DNA of 54,752 bases, the filler included, from Jimgerdemannia flammicorona (Eukaryota): the NCBI GenBank assembly GCA_003990765.1. It is 2 parts of 2 records of this genome, joined end to end, with 100 filler letters (N's around TTAATTAATTAA, not from the genome) between each part and the next. Parts side by side here need not be neighbours in the genome. Positions count along the whole stretch, not along the records: positions 1 to 27,331 come from RBNJ01000638.1; positions 27,432 to 54,752 come from RBNJ01000639.1. One strand, given 5' to 3'. Shown in pieces: positions 25,618-38,559 of this stretch. Below the pieces are notes generated by a model that had not been told where the DNA came from, ran no database searches, and saw only the letters and a program-made list of their open reading frames with translations. Position 1 is the stretch's first letter; every line of letters starts with the position of its first letter. The translations under genes were made by a program, and so were the position numbers.

Positions 25618-26340
25618 CTACATTACTCTCCACACGGCCTTATAAACATCGTCTTCGACCGAGCTTTTGCGTGCGAGCATGAGGGGCAAGCCCGCCGTCC
25701 TCACGGCAGCGAAGTCATATATGATACCATTCCGAATATAACGCAAAAAATTATTATACACAGTCCACGCGTTCTGGTCAGGGCTCTTATCACACATCGC
25801 AAGAACGATCGTGGCTTCGTCGTAGTAGTTCCCGACCTTCCGGAGAGCGAAGCACTTTTTGGTGACAGCCTCCACGACATACCCGAGCGGCACCGTCATT
25901 TTGGGATTCTTGAGGACAGCGGTGCCGGTTTTGAAGTAGTCCACGTTGGCCGGTTTCGTGGTGGAGTTGGAGTAGATGGCCTTGCCGTTGACGAACGAGA
26001 GGTGGTGATCCAGGATCAACATCTTAAGGTTGTCATCCTGGAAGTTGATAACGGCCGGTCGGGAGGACGTCTTGACTTTCGAGTTGGCGATAAGCTTGAG
26101 GATGGCCTTGGTGATGTCTTCGGCGCCGCACTTGCATTTGTACGGAGCGCAGTGGTGCTCGATCGACTCGTGGTGCTTGTTCGACTTGTTATGCTCATTG
26201 CAGACCTTTTCACACATGGGTTTGAAGGTCTTGCAGAGGGCCAGCTCGACATCGCTAGGGAGCGCAGTCACGGCCAAGGGCGTAGAAAAGAGGAAGGTCA
26301 ATAGGACCGTTGCGAAGACGGCGAGTGAGCGGGATCGCAT
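25618..26340 (-). CDS. Secreted protein (240 aa): signal peptide, 6-Cys N-terminal domain, C-terminal ricin-B-like segment
   Basis: Hydrophobic N-terminus ending VTA-LP; LCKTFKPMCEKVC...HCAPYKCKC; KCFAL...IVLAMCDKSPDQNAW resembles a beta-trefoil C..C..QxW repeat; coding-like codon usage. Confidence 0.75.
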   Translation of the reverse strand: MRSRSLAVFATVLLTFLFSTPLAVTALPSDVELALCKTFKPMCEKVCNEHNKSNKHHESIEHHCAPYKCKCGAEDITKAILKLIANSKVKTSSRPAVINFQDDNLKMLILDHHLSFVNGKAIYSNSTTKPANVDYFKTGTAVLKNPKMTVPLGYVVEAVTKKCFALRKVGNYYDEATIVLAMCDKSPDQNAWTVYNNFLRYIRNGIIYDFAAVRTAGLPLMLARKSSVEDDVYKAVWRVM

Positions 26341-26380
26341 GATGATGGGATCGTTTGTGTCGGTGGGGTTGCTCCTCTGA

Positions 26381-26472
26381 GTGCAGTTCTTAAATGGATG
26401 CCCCCCGTCAAAAAATGAAACTGCGACTAAAACGTGCAGTTCTTAATGTATGCCCCGTCAAAAATGTAAAAC
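26381..26472. repeat. Imperfect tandem duplication (53-bp spacing) just upstream of the secreted-protein gene
   Basis: gtgcagttcttaaatggatgccccccgtcaaaaaatg at 26381 and gtgcagttcttaatgtatgccccgtcaaaaatg at 26434. Confidence 0.8.
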
Positions 26473-27331
26473 GCCCCTTGCCTAGTTTGAGGGGTTGTAC
26501 CACCCTTCCACATGCAGGTAGATTGCATACCAAAAAAAGAATAAAAAAAAAAAGTGCGCGTCCGAAGGTGTTTGACAATGCTTTGTTTGTGAGTTTTCAC
26601 GGTATAGGTGTGTGTTAGATTTCGATTGCAACGACGCTGTGCAAAAACATCAGAAATAAAAATGTATGGATATTTTACACACTGGTATTTATAGATGGGA
26701 TTGTCTATTGTCTGTAACCAGATGGTCATTGTAACTGCGCCCATTTTGGCTTGTGCAACATTACTCCGTCGTCTCGGCTTTTGATTGACCCCTCGCTCCC
26801 TAGAAACATTCTCTCAATTGATATGCGAATTGGTTGAATTGGTTGGAATATTGAGATTCAATAGAACAAAGACCTGGATAGAGAAACTAAAGAAAGGCTA
26901 TTGTTCACTGACCGATTGAATACAACGCAATTTTATTTATGGATAAGTATACATACAAGTATCCTTAACAAGCTTTTCCCAATAAAGCCTTACCAAAATC
27001 GGGCATTCGCGTGCTCGCAATGCTAATAACTCACAGAATGCCGAAACGGAATCCGATGTTCATTTCACTCCGTCCCAGCGACACAAAACTGAAGCCCCGC
27101 TCGCTCGCCACCTCGGGACATACACATGTTATCTCCGAATTCGTGGGCGCTGGCCGTCCTGTCCAAGTTTACGATAAACTGCAGCACGCGGTATCGACAC
27201 AGCGGCGCAGCCCAAACATTTCTCGTGGTGGAATGACTTGACTAATTCAAGGATGGATAGAGGAAAGTGGGTTGAGGTAGTTGGATGAAAAAACTATTAG
27301 GATGTTGAGCGACGAAGGAGTTTAAAAAAAA

Positions 27332-27431
27332 NNNNNNNNNNNNNNNNNNNNNNNNNNNNNNNNNNNNNNNNNNNNTTAATTAATTAANNNNNNNNNNNNN
27401 NNNNNNNNNNNNNNNNNNNNNNNNNNNNNNN
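27332..27431. other. Artificial contig-joining linker
   Basis: 44 N + TTAATTAATTAA (stops in all six frames) + 44 N = 100 nt. Confidence 0.97.
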
Positions 27432-27528
27432 TTTTTTATAGTCACTTGGACTCCTTTATTACGGAACTATCTAATAAAACAAGACCCTATCTGATAACTA
27501 CTACAAATATAACTATAAAGCGGGCCTA

Positions 27529-30500
27529 TCAGCCAACTCCTTCTTTCCACTGCACCCCCTTCTCACCAAGCACTAGGTGTCCTTGACTTTTCTGGACAAT
27601 ATCTAGCACCTTTCTCATGGCTCCCAACTGGTGCCTCTTCCCCTGATACCACCACCCTTGCACCACTTCCAGAAGCAGCCCCTTCCACCACTCCATCAAT
27701 TCACCAATCCCCATCCAAGGATCCTTCTCAAACACCCATCTCCAATGTACCGCCATCAGGACCCAGATGCTAATGATCCAGCCTAGACCCCCCCAAATGT
27801 CCCCAATCCCTCCCACCAGTTGCTGCTTGACCACCTGACAGGTGGGGCCCCCTACATGCTCACTTTCGCCACTCTAGTAGCTTTTCAACATTTGCCAAAA
27901 TCCCTCCACCCCTGGGCATACCGCCACGATATGCTCCGGCGTCTGCACCACACCCCCATCCAGCTCACAGCACCACTCGCATACCCTCACACCTTCAGCC
28001 TCCATCCATCCTGTCCTGTACCCCAGCATAACATTCCTCTGCAAAAATCTCCACCATACCACCCAGAACTTAGGTGGTACAATCTTGAGCAATGAGGTCC
28101 CCCATCCCCAAACCAGGCCCCACTCCCAATCCTCTCCAAACCCAGCCTTCTGCCAACCAACTGGCCATCTCTCAAGTAGACCCCTCCAGATCCATTCCAT
28201 CGCCCCAGACAGAGAGTATTCTGCCAACCGGTGGCCACCAATACAAATATCACCAAGACACCACCATCTCTGTTCCATGTCCTCCTCATCACCCAGCTCT
28301 GGACCTGTGAGGCCCATTGCCAGCCAAGCCTCCACTATGCCCCACCAGAACCCCCGGTACCACAATCTGCTAACTCTCCCAACCTACAGCAACCCATGTA
28401 TATCCTTCCGAACCTCACCACAGGGGCAAAACCTGACTTCCCAATTATCCATAGCCAGTTTGCCCCAACCATCCACCCCTAATTCTGCTAATCAACAGTC
28501 CCACCAACCCTGAAGCGCCTTCAGCTGCCTCCTAAAATCCACCAGCCCCAATCCACCATCTGCTGTGCACATCACTACCATCTCCCAACTGATCTGTGGT
28601 CTTCTTCCTTGCTACAGCCATCCTTCCACTACCTTCTTCAGTTTCTGTACCACCCAACTGGAAAAGTCCAAATGATATCCCAGGTACCACAGCTTTGGTA
28701 GCCAATATACATTCAGAACTACAATCCTTCCCATCAAAGAGAAGCCCCTCCCTGACCAGCCCACCAAGGTATTCTCCCACTTCTATATCATTCCACTCCA
28801 CCACTCTTTTGGCAAAACTGTTCCATATACTGAGAACCAGATCCCCAGATATTGGACTGCCTCTCCTGTATGTAGCAGTTGACCAAAATGTCCATGGTCC
28901 CCCAGCCCAGCTCTCAGCTCCATAGTTTCACACTTGCCCCAATTCAATTTCGCTCCTGCCAGCCTCTCATACTGCCCCACTCCTTCCTGAAGGTTTGTCA
29001 CATCTGCCATACAGCCTAACCCTACCACCATATCATCAGCAAAAGCCCCCAGCTTCCAGACCACCTCCCCCATCTTCAGCCTAGTGAGCCTTCCTCTCAA
29101 CCATACCAACAAGGGCTCCAAGGATAGGATGTAGAGTAGGGGCGAGAGAGGATCCCCCTGTGGCATACCTCTCTCCAAGACAAACTCTGGGCCACTCCAC
29201 CCATTCATTAGTACTGCAGCCCAACAGCCTCACACCAGGCCCATTAGTTTTCGAGCCTCCACCACACCAAATCCTGTCTTCTGCAGAACTGCCTCCAGAT
29301 AGTCCCACCTCACTCTATCATATGCCTTTTCCTGATCCAAGAACACCATTCTCCCATCTACTCACTGGCTTTGACAGCCCTCCAAGACATTTTGCACCCA
29401 GGCTGTGCTGTCTCAGATCTGTCTCTCCTTCACAAATCCTCACTGTTCTTCACCCACCAATTGGCCAATCCAACGTTGCATCCTCCCTGCCAGGATCTTG
29501 GATACCAACTTCCTGTCTACATTCAGTAGTATAATGGGCCGCCAGTTTCACCACATACAGTGATCCCCTTTCTCCTTATAGAGCAGAGAGACTAACCCTA
29601 AGGAGCCATTGCTGATCCAGCAGCCTTCACCTATTACAAAGTTTGCCATTTCTACCAGCCAACTCCCAAACTCAACTTGGAATTCCTTCCAGAACTCCCA
29701 AGGCAGTCCATCCTCTCCTGGTGATGACCCAGCCTGCACTTTTCGCAGAACCTCCAGAACCTCTTCAAGGGCCACCATGCCCATTATCGCTCTGCCTATC
29801 TCTGGCACCGCCACTACTGGCCAGCTACTAACAAGAGTGTCATTATCTTCTGGTTGAGACACTCCCCCCACCAGTCCTCCTCCATCTTGCCATAGAGTAC
29901 GCCATTGCCCCGAAACCTCTCCAAGCATATCAGTAATACCAGTAACCTCAACACTGTCCTCCCGCAACATGGAAGCCCAGCTGTGCCACACTCTCCTGGC
30001 CTTCAAGATTCCAGACAAATACTTAGTGGGTCACTCTCCTTTCTCCAACCATCTCGCCCGCAACCTTGCCAGTAGCCCATCTACCACCCTATCTTCTGCT
30101 ACCTTCAAATCTAACCACAGTTCAGCCACCTCCTTAACCAACTGAGAGCGTCTCTCTCCAGATAAATTCTCTCCCTCCAGGAATTTCAGCCACCAACGTA
30201 GACCCTGTTCAACCCTCCTTTCTCTATCCTTCTGCTCCCTGCCAGCTACCTCCCCCACATCCTGCCAGTAAGCACCTGCCAAATGTTTGAATTTCCCCCA
30301 CCACTGTGCTATCGACTGTCCACTGTCTTTCCACCATACCACTTCCTGCCTTGCAATTTCCACAAATTGGTCCCTTTCCACCTGTCTTTTGAGTAGTGCC
30401 ACATTGAGTTGCCATCTGCCTCCACCTCCACTGACCGTCTGGAATCTCCCGCACACCTCAACTCCCCAGTGATCTGACCAAGGACATCACTATACTCCTG

Positions 30501-31161
30501 TTAAATCCAATACATTGCCCCAGCATTCTGCCACCAGGATCCAATCAATCCTTGTTCCAACCAAGTCTTCGCCAACTGAGTGCCACCTAGTAAATGGCCC
30601 TGGCCTTTCCCCTTGATGCTGTCAAACTCCATCAACCAATCCCATATCCCTCTCTACCTGGAGCCACCATGAGAGCCCAGTAGATACAGCCACACCAACT
30701 CCATCATCAGATCTATCTAATGTTCTATTACGAATCATGTTAAAGTTCCCTCTCAGAATATCCAACCCCACCTCATCCTGGTCTCCCCAAGCCAGCCAGC
30801 CTTCCACCCATTGGTTCCGCTCTCTACCCACTGCTGGCAGATAAGTAGAGCTGACCACTAGTCTATCGCCAGCTCTACCTTTCAACCTCTCCCAGACCAA
30901 TTGATCATCATATACTGCAACTTCCAACAGCTCACCTCTCCCCAAGCCAACCAAAATGTCCACCTGCTCATTCCAACCTGTACTTCCATACCATTCCCTA
31001 CCCCAATCCTCATAATCCTGCTCTCCATATGCCCAAATGTCCTGTAGCAATACAACATCATATCTCCTGATCTTCAGCCAATGAAATAGATACCTTCTCT
31101 TCACTCCATCATGCAAACCATTGACATTTAACAATAAGATACGTAGACTGTTTATCATCAT
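27529..31161 (-). pseudogene. LINE ORF2: APE endonuclease, reverse transcriptase, C-terminal CCHC finger
   Basis: LLNVNGL, LQD, GNFNM, SDH; SPGEDGL, LLYKEKGD, GMPQGDPLSPLLY, FADD; CEWC...H....C (~27930-27990); multiple stops and frameshifts. Confidence 0.93.
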
Positions 31162-31173
31162 AAGTAAAAATGT

Positions 31174-33018
31174 TTAAAGCTCCACTGGAATCGCCACCAC
31201 CTTCTCTGCCCAACCACAGATTATTGCCTTCCATTCCTCACAGATTGCCCTCCAGATACAGGCTCCATTGACTCCACTGCAGAATATGTCCACTCGCTCA
31301 GATGCCACCTTCCTGATGTCAGCCGTACGATCCTTATCTACCTCATATCCTTCATCATCCAGAAGTGCAGCCACCATCGCTGTCACCAACTTCAGTCCCT
31401 GCAATACTACATTGAGAAACCCTTCCCAGGCCTCTTGAGATCCATTAAATACATCCACTTCCTTGATATCCTCCTCTGCCAGTTCCTTGAGCACTGCCTG
31501 ATACCAGTCATCAGCCGTCATCACCATGGGCCCAGGGGTGGCGGGCCTTGGGGTCCTGCTCAGTTCCTATAACATCTCTTGGTCCACCGACACATTAGAG
31601 GCCACATCTACCAGATCATCCTCCTCTGCACCCTTCTCCAGCCTCACCACTTTGCCAGCCTCTGGACACTCCCAGTGAACATTTGCTGCCCCTGCCATCT
31701 GAACATCCTCCAACTGAGTCTCTGGCACCACCTCGGCAACCTCCTGGAAACCCCCTACATTCGTCTCCTCCTTATCAGCCCACTTCCCCTTTACTGGCGC
31801 ATGAGCCGAGTCCTCCACTCCCCCCAGTTGTAAATAGGACACCTCAACTGTCTCCACCTCTTCCATCTGACTTATGGCCATCTCCACCCTTTCTTCTTCC
31901 TCTACTTTCGAGCCCTGGAAGACTGTCTGTAAGTACTCCCAGTTCGCCCTCCGCTACTTCTTCCTCTTTCCATCCATTGGAATCCAGATACAGTCCTTGG
32001 CAAACTCCTCCCATCTCCTCTTCCGCACTTCCTTCACAGCCTCTCTCTCCTCCAGGGCAATCAGCAGTTCCTCCTCCTCCTGTTCCAAGCCCTTCCTTCT
32101 CCACACTTTACACTCCTGCCCTTTGATATGGATCACCTCTGGCCAGTCCCTCCCTAGCCCTGTAGCCTCCTTGCCTTCCAGTCTCACCATTATCTCACAG
32201 TTGCCATTCCTCAGCTTGGTCCCCTCCCAGAACATGAACCCAAAGTCGACCATCTTGCCAAAGCCCCCCAGTGCCTCTGCTACAATCCCTTTTGTCTCCT
32301 GCCTTCCCAATGTTGGCAGCCCCTCAATCACCAGATGTATGGCACGCGGGTCCCACCTCAGGCACCTCACCATGCCCACCTTGATATTCTTGATGACCAG
32401 CCCTTTCTCCAAAGCTTTTGCCATATCCTCCTCCTCCACAAATCCTATCTCTACTGCCTCTGCTGATGGGATGAACTTCAGCAACTCTGCCCCAGCAACC
32501 TCCTCTCCCACTAGCCGCAAGACCTCCCTAGCAGATATCCCCAGCCCCAGGAAATTCGCCGAGATAGCCCATGTCAATACTGACTTGTGAAAGAAGGGGC
32601 ACACCACCAGTTCACCAGAGCCTGCCGCCATCATAGCCTTCTTCTTATTCTCAGATACCCTAGCAGTCACCCCAGCCACAGGCCCAGCCCCAGGAATGCC
32701 AGTCCCAGCTACACCGCTTCTGGACCCCTGGCCTCTGGCAGGCACCTGACCAATCACCTGACCAGTCACCTGGCCGGTCACCTGACTTCTACCCCTGTCA
32801 ATACTACATCCCCCCTGCCCTACTCTCATGGGCCTAGTAGCCGCCCTCCTGCCCCCCATCACTGTATGCCAACTTTCAATACCAGCCTGCCTTCCTTGAC
32901 CACCTGCTCCTCCTGCTCCAGCACCAGTCCCAGCCACTGCTGCAAAACTCTTGGGGAGGCCCAGGCCAGGCCTCTTTCTCTCCAAGCACTCAGAGCTTGA
33001 TGAACCCTGGGTCACCAT
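31174..33018 (-). pseudogene. LINE ORF1 (~615 codons; RRM-like region and charged coiled-coil)
   Basis: Track ORFs 31954..33018, 31567..31887 and 31174..31527 share one frame separated by two TAG; SFAAVA motif; ends 12 nt before the ORF2 ATG. Confidence 0.8.
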
Positions 33019-34381
33019 TTGATGAAAACTCCGCAGAATTTGACGAAATTTGTTGTAGACTGTTACTAGACTCCTGCCGCACCTTGTACATCAGAATAGA
33101 TGATGGGAAAACTTGAAAACGTGTTACTTGTCATGAAAAGATGTCCATGTGGCTTAGCTTGCTCTGAATGGTTCGAGCAAAAGGAGTCCCCCTCTTCTTT
33201 GACTGGTCTCCTTTCTTCAGATCTCTCTTATCCTTAGAGGAGTCCTTGTAGGGCTTTGACTAGGATGTCTTCTTTATCTTCTTTCTTGTCATAATCACTC
33301 CAGATAGTTTCTTGTCTGACATCAAAAAATTCTTGGGCTGCATCTACTTACTCTTCAGACCTTCTGATGCCTAAGGTGCAGATATGCTGGGCAATGTTCA
33401 GAGAAATCCCATTCATGAAAGTCATTAGACCTATGATGTCCTGGTTAGTGGCATTGAACCCAGCAGCATGCATTCTCTTCTGGATTCTTATGAAGAAGGC
33501 TCTGAGTGATTCTCTAAGATTCATCTTCATCTCTATGATAGATTCTTGAGCCTTGTGGTGGGTTTCATTTCCTGCATATTTTTCAATAAGCCAGTGGACT
33601 ATGGCTACATATTCTAGCTCATAAGAAGCTGCTGCTTATATCTGTCTTGCCAGTTCTGAATGTGGGTCATTTGCTATTCAGTGGAAAATTCCTCTGACTG
33701 GTTCTCTGAGCTGGGCCTTATATATGGTGATTTGTTTTTATCTGAGAGATTTCTCAGAGCTATAATTCCTTCAATTCCATCAAGGAATTCTCTGGGGTCT
33801 TTCTCTGGATATCTTGCAAAAGTTGGCAGTGAGGTGGCCATTTCATCATCACTTCTGATTCTGTTTCTGGTCTGGATTCTGATTTGGATTCTGACTCTAA
33901 TTCACTTTCTGAACTATCACTAGAAATGGGGGTGCTGGGGTATTGTGAGGATAGTGTTCTGGACCTTGGACAAAGTAGGCTAAGCCTAGGTATTCTTATA
34001 GGAGCTACTTCCAATTCTGCAAGGGCTTGTAGTAAAGGTTCTATAGGTGAGATTGGTAGAACTAGTATGGGGTGTCTGGTTGTAAGATCTCAGACTTATA
34101 TAATGAGATCTTCTAGTTCTTGTGCAAGTTCTTCAAGATCTCCAGCAGGGCCACCTGTATTGTCTGGTTGATCTGGTGAGAGATTTTGGGCTATGCTGGT
34201 TTCTGGTTGAGATCCTTCTGATGCTGGGTAGTTTGTAAGTCTTGAAGTAATTACTTCTCTTCCTATTCAGATACTAGTGATAACTGGTTCTCCTGTAGTG
34301 GCAGAGATTGGTATTGTATCAAATGTATTCAGTTTGACTGTAGGTTTTTGTGAGCTGAAAAGTTATGTCAATTTTTAAATT

Positions 34382-34399
34382 TTCCCAGTTGAGCCCCCA
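34382..34399 (-). other. Primer-binding site, tRNA-Pro type (copy A)
   Basis: TGGGGGCTCAACTGGGAA 2 nt after the LTR end ACA; compare the classical Pro PBS TGGGGGCTCGTCCGGGAT, with two of four differences being CpG transitions. Confidence 0.75.
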
Positions 34400-34401
34400 A
34401 A

Positions 34402-35726
34402 TGTAACATACCCAGCTCAATGGAGATAAATTACAAGGTTGGGAGTTGGTGTAGTTTGACTTGAGCCCCTAGTTACTTTGTTAAAAAGTAACAAAATATT
34501 CTAAGATTCCTGAGATCCTTAGTGTTTAGTGATATAATAGTCAAAGCTAGATATCTGTGAGTAGTTTGTGTCTCATTTCCTAATTGGGACAGTTCTCTGG
34601 GTGTAGTGGTGATTTGTGTGTAAATGGGTTTCCTTCTTGAGTTAACTGGAAATTAGTAGAATTTCGTATATAGTATGACAATCTCCTTATATATGATGGT
34701 CTGATAATTTAGCAATTTTTCTTCTTGAGTAATAGTGATCTCTGTGTGATGATCTCTGTGTAATATGACAATCTCCAAAAGTATGCAATTTCTGGCTAGC
34801 AGTACAGTTTAGTGGACAACTCAGTTTAGATACAGATTCTCCTGAACTGGCTCACTGGGAATTATGCTCAGCGGCTTACAGAGAATAGAGGGTAGCATGA
34901 GTTCTTCTTACTGGGAATAATACTAGCAGCAGGTTCTTCTTGGGCTCACTGGGAATAAACTAATAACTTGGATATGATGGATTCTTCCTGAATCAGTGGG
35001 CTTTTGAGAAATAACTTGGATGTTATGGATTCTTTCTAAATCAGTAAGCTCTTCTGAGAAAAGTTCTCTTCTTGGCAAAGTTATATTAAAGACTGGCTTC
35101 ATTTGTGTGAATAAATTACTATGAAGTTGTATCAAAAGACTGGCTTATAGCAGGACTCTCTAGGAATATAGATAACTTGGAAATAGTAGCTTATTTCTTA
35201 AGTGACAGATTACTCAAAAGGTGGCAGAGTTCTTCAGACTTATCTGGTAAGTGAACCGAAAATGGACTCATTCTTTATATTGAGAGTGAGAAAGGAGCAA
35301 AGCTCACAATCTCCTAGTAGTGGCTATAGAGCAGGTGTTTCTCTTAAGTATTGTAATCCTTTCTGGATCAAGTTTTTTTTGGCAGACATATCTCTCAAAG
35401 TATAGTAGACAGACTTGTCTTTTGCTTTGTATTTCAGAACTGAGGTTTATTCACTCTTATCTTTGGAGTATTTTATATATTCTGGTTGCTATTTAATTAC
35501 TATCTGGATAATTATAGATTTACTATTTCTGGTAATATCTGAGTATGTCCATAGGACATAAGTATGTCTACAGAACATAAGTATATCTACCAGACACAGG
35601 TGTGTCCTCAGAACACAGATAAACAACCCTGATCTGATATTCTGACTAATTATAAGTGTGATATATATGAGTAGTTATGCTGGGTGTTTATGTCATCTTG
35701 CTATATTATATTATTTACTTGTCACA
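34402..35726 (-). repeat. 5' LTR of copy A (~1.33 kb)
   Basis: TGTAAC...GTCACA boundaries; TATA ~35475 and AATAAA ~35450 on the minus strand; 19-bp repeat array 35543-35618. Confidence 0.8.
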
Positions 35727-37185
35727 CTACTTTTTATTAGCTCAAAAGTATTTTGCTAACTAGTTGTAGATGACAGATTACTGAAAGTAGAACTAGTACT
35801 AGTGGATTTGGTAGTAGATATATATATTACTCAGATCTTCTATATATATTACTTATATAAAGAATATTTTACTGCTATTATCAGTTTCACAATATTTGTA
35901 TTATTATACTTTTCTATACTTCTATAGATCTTTCTACTGCCTCTATATTACCAATGCTAGCCTCTATATTACTTAATTTTACTACTCTTCTTACCATTTT
36001 CTCACTAATAACCATAGTGTTTTCTATGTCTATACTTATTATAATATTTACAGTAACTATTATACTTAGTTAATTGACTACTATTATATTGATTTTGGAT
36101 TTGAATTTGCTGGTCTTCCTGTCTATTATCTATGCTGACTTTAGTCTTATTTACTACCATATTTATAAGACTTATAGAAGACTATTTATTATCATTATTG
36201 CTATTGTTTCTTTGATATATTTTCTCATTTATATATAAGATTTATTATAATGTAAGTATAGTTTGTAAGCTTACATAGCTATAATAATTATATTATATAC
36301 TTCTGAGAGATCTTTTGTGAATATCAGGATCTTGTTCTTATTGCTAATATAATTTATAGATATATTGAGAGAATTTACTTAATTTACTAGATTATTGATA
36401 TAATAATTTAATATAGAAACTTAAATATAATAATTCTATAATACTCTCCACACCTTATAGGCTATTATAGTATATATTACAAGCTTTATTTGTGAGTTTG
36501 ATAGTATGAATATGATCTCACATAATACTCAATAATCATTTATAGTATTACGATCTTGAATTTGTACTTATGACTTTATATAATCTGCCAAACCATATTT
36601 GTTAAGGAGATTTCATATATAGAATATAATCTTTTCTATCAAAAATTAGGATAGACCTCTTGGCTGTATTTATACTAACAATTAAGACTAAATTTTCTAT
36701 AATAGTATCTATTATTACTAAAATACTTATAATTATAATATCTATATTACTAAAGTTACTAGATCAATCATCATTTGATATTTTAGTATATATTATTATT
36801 ATTATATATATATAGCTTATAGATTATAAATTTCATATATTACTAATAAATAATATAAAACTGATGAGATGGTATAAGTTATGTATATATTAATATATTG
36901 AGTTACTATCTTAATATTATAAAATACTCAAATAATATAGTCCTTACATTAAAGATAGAAACAAATCTCTTAGCCTTATTTATACTAATAATTAGGATAA
37001 TATTTCTCATAATAATAGTATCTATAGTTATAATAGAGACTGCTTCTATTATTATCAGAATATTTACAATTAATATATCTATATTACTAAGCTGATTTTG
37101 ACTTATATTTATATTGTGATCTATATATTATATTATAGTATATATTAGAGAGATATATATTATTATAGTTATTTCTGCTTAATAC
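35727..37185 (-). mobile_element. Extremely AT-mutated Ty1/copia-like gag relic
   Basis: Minus-strand translation (~36700-36200): IFDRKDY..KYGLADYI..VLCEIIFILSNSQIKLVIYTIIAYKVWRVL..NKNKILIFTKDLSEVYNIIIIAM; reversing transitions gives copia-gag motifs FDG.DY, GL..YI, TA.EVW..L, D..K....L...Y. Confidence 0.55.
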
Positions 37186-38519
37186 TATAATGTGTCTGGC
37201 TCAATAGAGGTAAATTATAAGGTTGGGGATTAATATAGTTTGGCTTAAGCCCATAGTTACTTTGTCAAAATTAACAAAATATTCTAAGATTCCTGGTATC
37301 CTTATTGGTGTTTAGTGGTACATATATAGTTAAGTCTAGATATAATAGTTAATTTTCTGATTGAGATGGTTCTCTAGGTATAGTAGTAATTTATATATAT
37401 ATAATAGATGATTTGATATAGCATAACAATCTCTATATAGTATGGTGATCTTCTTATGTATAATAGTCTGACAATTTAGTGGTTTTCCTTCTTGAGTGAT
37501 GGGTGATCTCCAAAAGTATATAATTTCTGTATAATAATCTTATATAGTATAATGAGTTTCCTCATATAAGTTGATTAGGTAATTTGACAGTTTCTATATA
37601 TAGATTTCTTGAGAATAGCAGATGACTTGGTTTGGCACAGATTTTTCTGAATTGGGCTCACTGGGAATGGATGAATAACTCAGATCATGTGAATAACTCA
37701 GATAACTCAGAGAGTGGATAATTCAATAATTCAGATATAGATAATTTAATAACTTAGGTAAGGATAATTCAATAACTCAAATAACTTGAGATATTACAGA
37801 CTCTTCTTGAATCAGCTAGATTTGGGGAAATAACTTGAATTCTTACAAAGACTGACTTCATTTGTATGGGGTTATGTCATAGACTGACTCTACTATGAAG
37901 TTGTATTAAAAGACTGGCTTATGGCAAGGTTCTTTAAGACAGACTCTCTGGGAATGGTAGCAAATAACTCAAAAACAGTAGCTTATTCCTTAAGCAGTAG
38001 ATTACTCAAATAATGACAAAGTTCTTTACTTGAACTTAGTGGATTTCTTCAGACTTATCTGATAAGCAAACCAAAAACAGACTCATTTTTTATATCAGAA
38101 AGTAGACTAGAGTGAAAAAGAAATGCTTTGCTCACAATCTCCTAGTAGTAGCTATAGAGTTCCTCTTAAAGTATAGTAGACAGACTTATCTTTTGCTTTG
38201 GGATTCACTTTTGGACTGAGGTTTATTTACTCTTATCTCTGAGGTATTTTATACAGTTATGGTTACTATCTGGTTACTATATTGCTAACTATAGATTGCT
38301 ATTTATAGTAAGTATTCCTAGATGGTACAGTGTACCCACTCAGTATAGTATACTTACTCAGTATAGTATACCCATTTGGTACAGGCAAACATACTGTTTC
38401 TGATATCTCTAACTAATTATATAGATTAGTACAGTAAAGCAGTCTTGGTTGCTTAGTATACTAGATATAGTATATGGCTAATTTATGATTTTAGTGGTAC
38501 AATTCTATTACTCATCACA
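37186..38519 (-). repeat. 3' LTR of copy B (~1.33 kb)
   Basis: TATAAT (decayed TGTAAT) to CATCACA, adjoining PPT AGTGGGGGCTGA (38520-38531); 18-bp repeat array 38324-38384. Confidence 0.8.
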
Positions 38520-38559
38520 TCAGCCCCCACTAAAGAATGGTCTGCTCTCAGACAATCCT

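Larger units (their letters stand above)
27432..33191 (-). mobile_element. Near full-length degenerate L1/Tx1-like LINE (5' UTR, ORF1, ORF2, AATAAA, poly-A tail)
   Basis: Poly-T and tttatt at the left end; ORF2 and ORF1 present; 5' end GGGGGACTCC at ~33191 where gypsy gag sequence resumes. Confidence 0.93.
33192..35726 (-). mobile_element. Ty3/gypsy copy A: 5' LTR, PBS and gag N-terminal part, interrupted by the LINE
   Basis: gag colinear with 52900-54080 (e.g. MKMNLRESLRAFFIRIQKRMHAAGFNAT); LTR homologous to those at 45130 and 54103. Confidence 0.9.

Noticed and set aside
25576..26304. 242-aa plus-strand ORF
   Set aside because: Antisense shadow of the secreted-protein gene caused by its codon bias
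27376..27387. TTAATTAATTAA palindrome as a biological site
   Set aside because: It sits symmetrically within N runs totalling 100 nt, so it is an artificial linker; adjacency of the two halves of the window is not biological evidence
31579..33000. Ser/Pro-rich plus-strand ORFs (up to 238 aa)
   Set aside because: Antisense to the G-rich LINE ORF1, with no independent motifs
36898..37095. Ile-rich 65-aa ORF as a membrane protein, or the AT-rich block as mitochondrial DNA
   Set aside because: The composition is explained by C>T/G>A hypermutation of a TE relic
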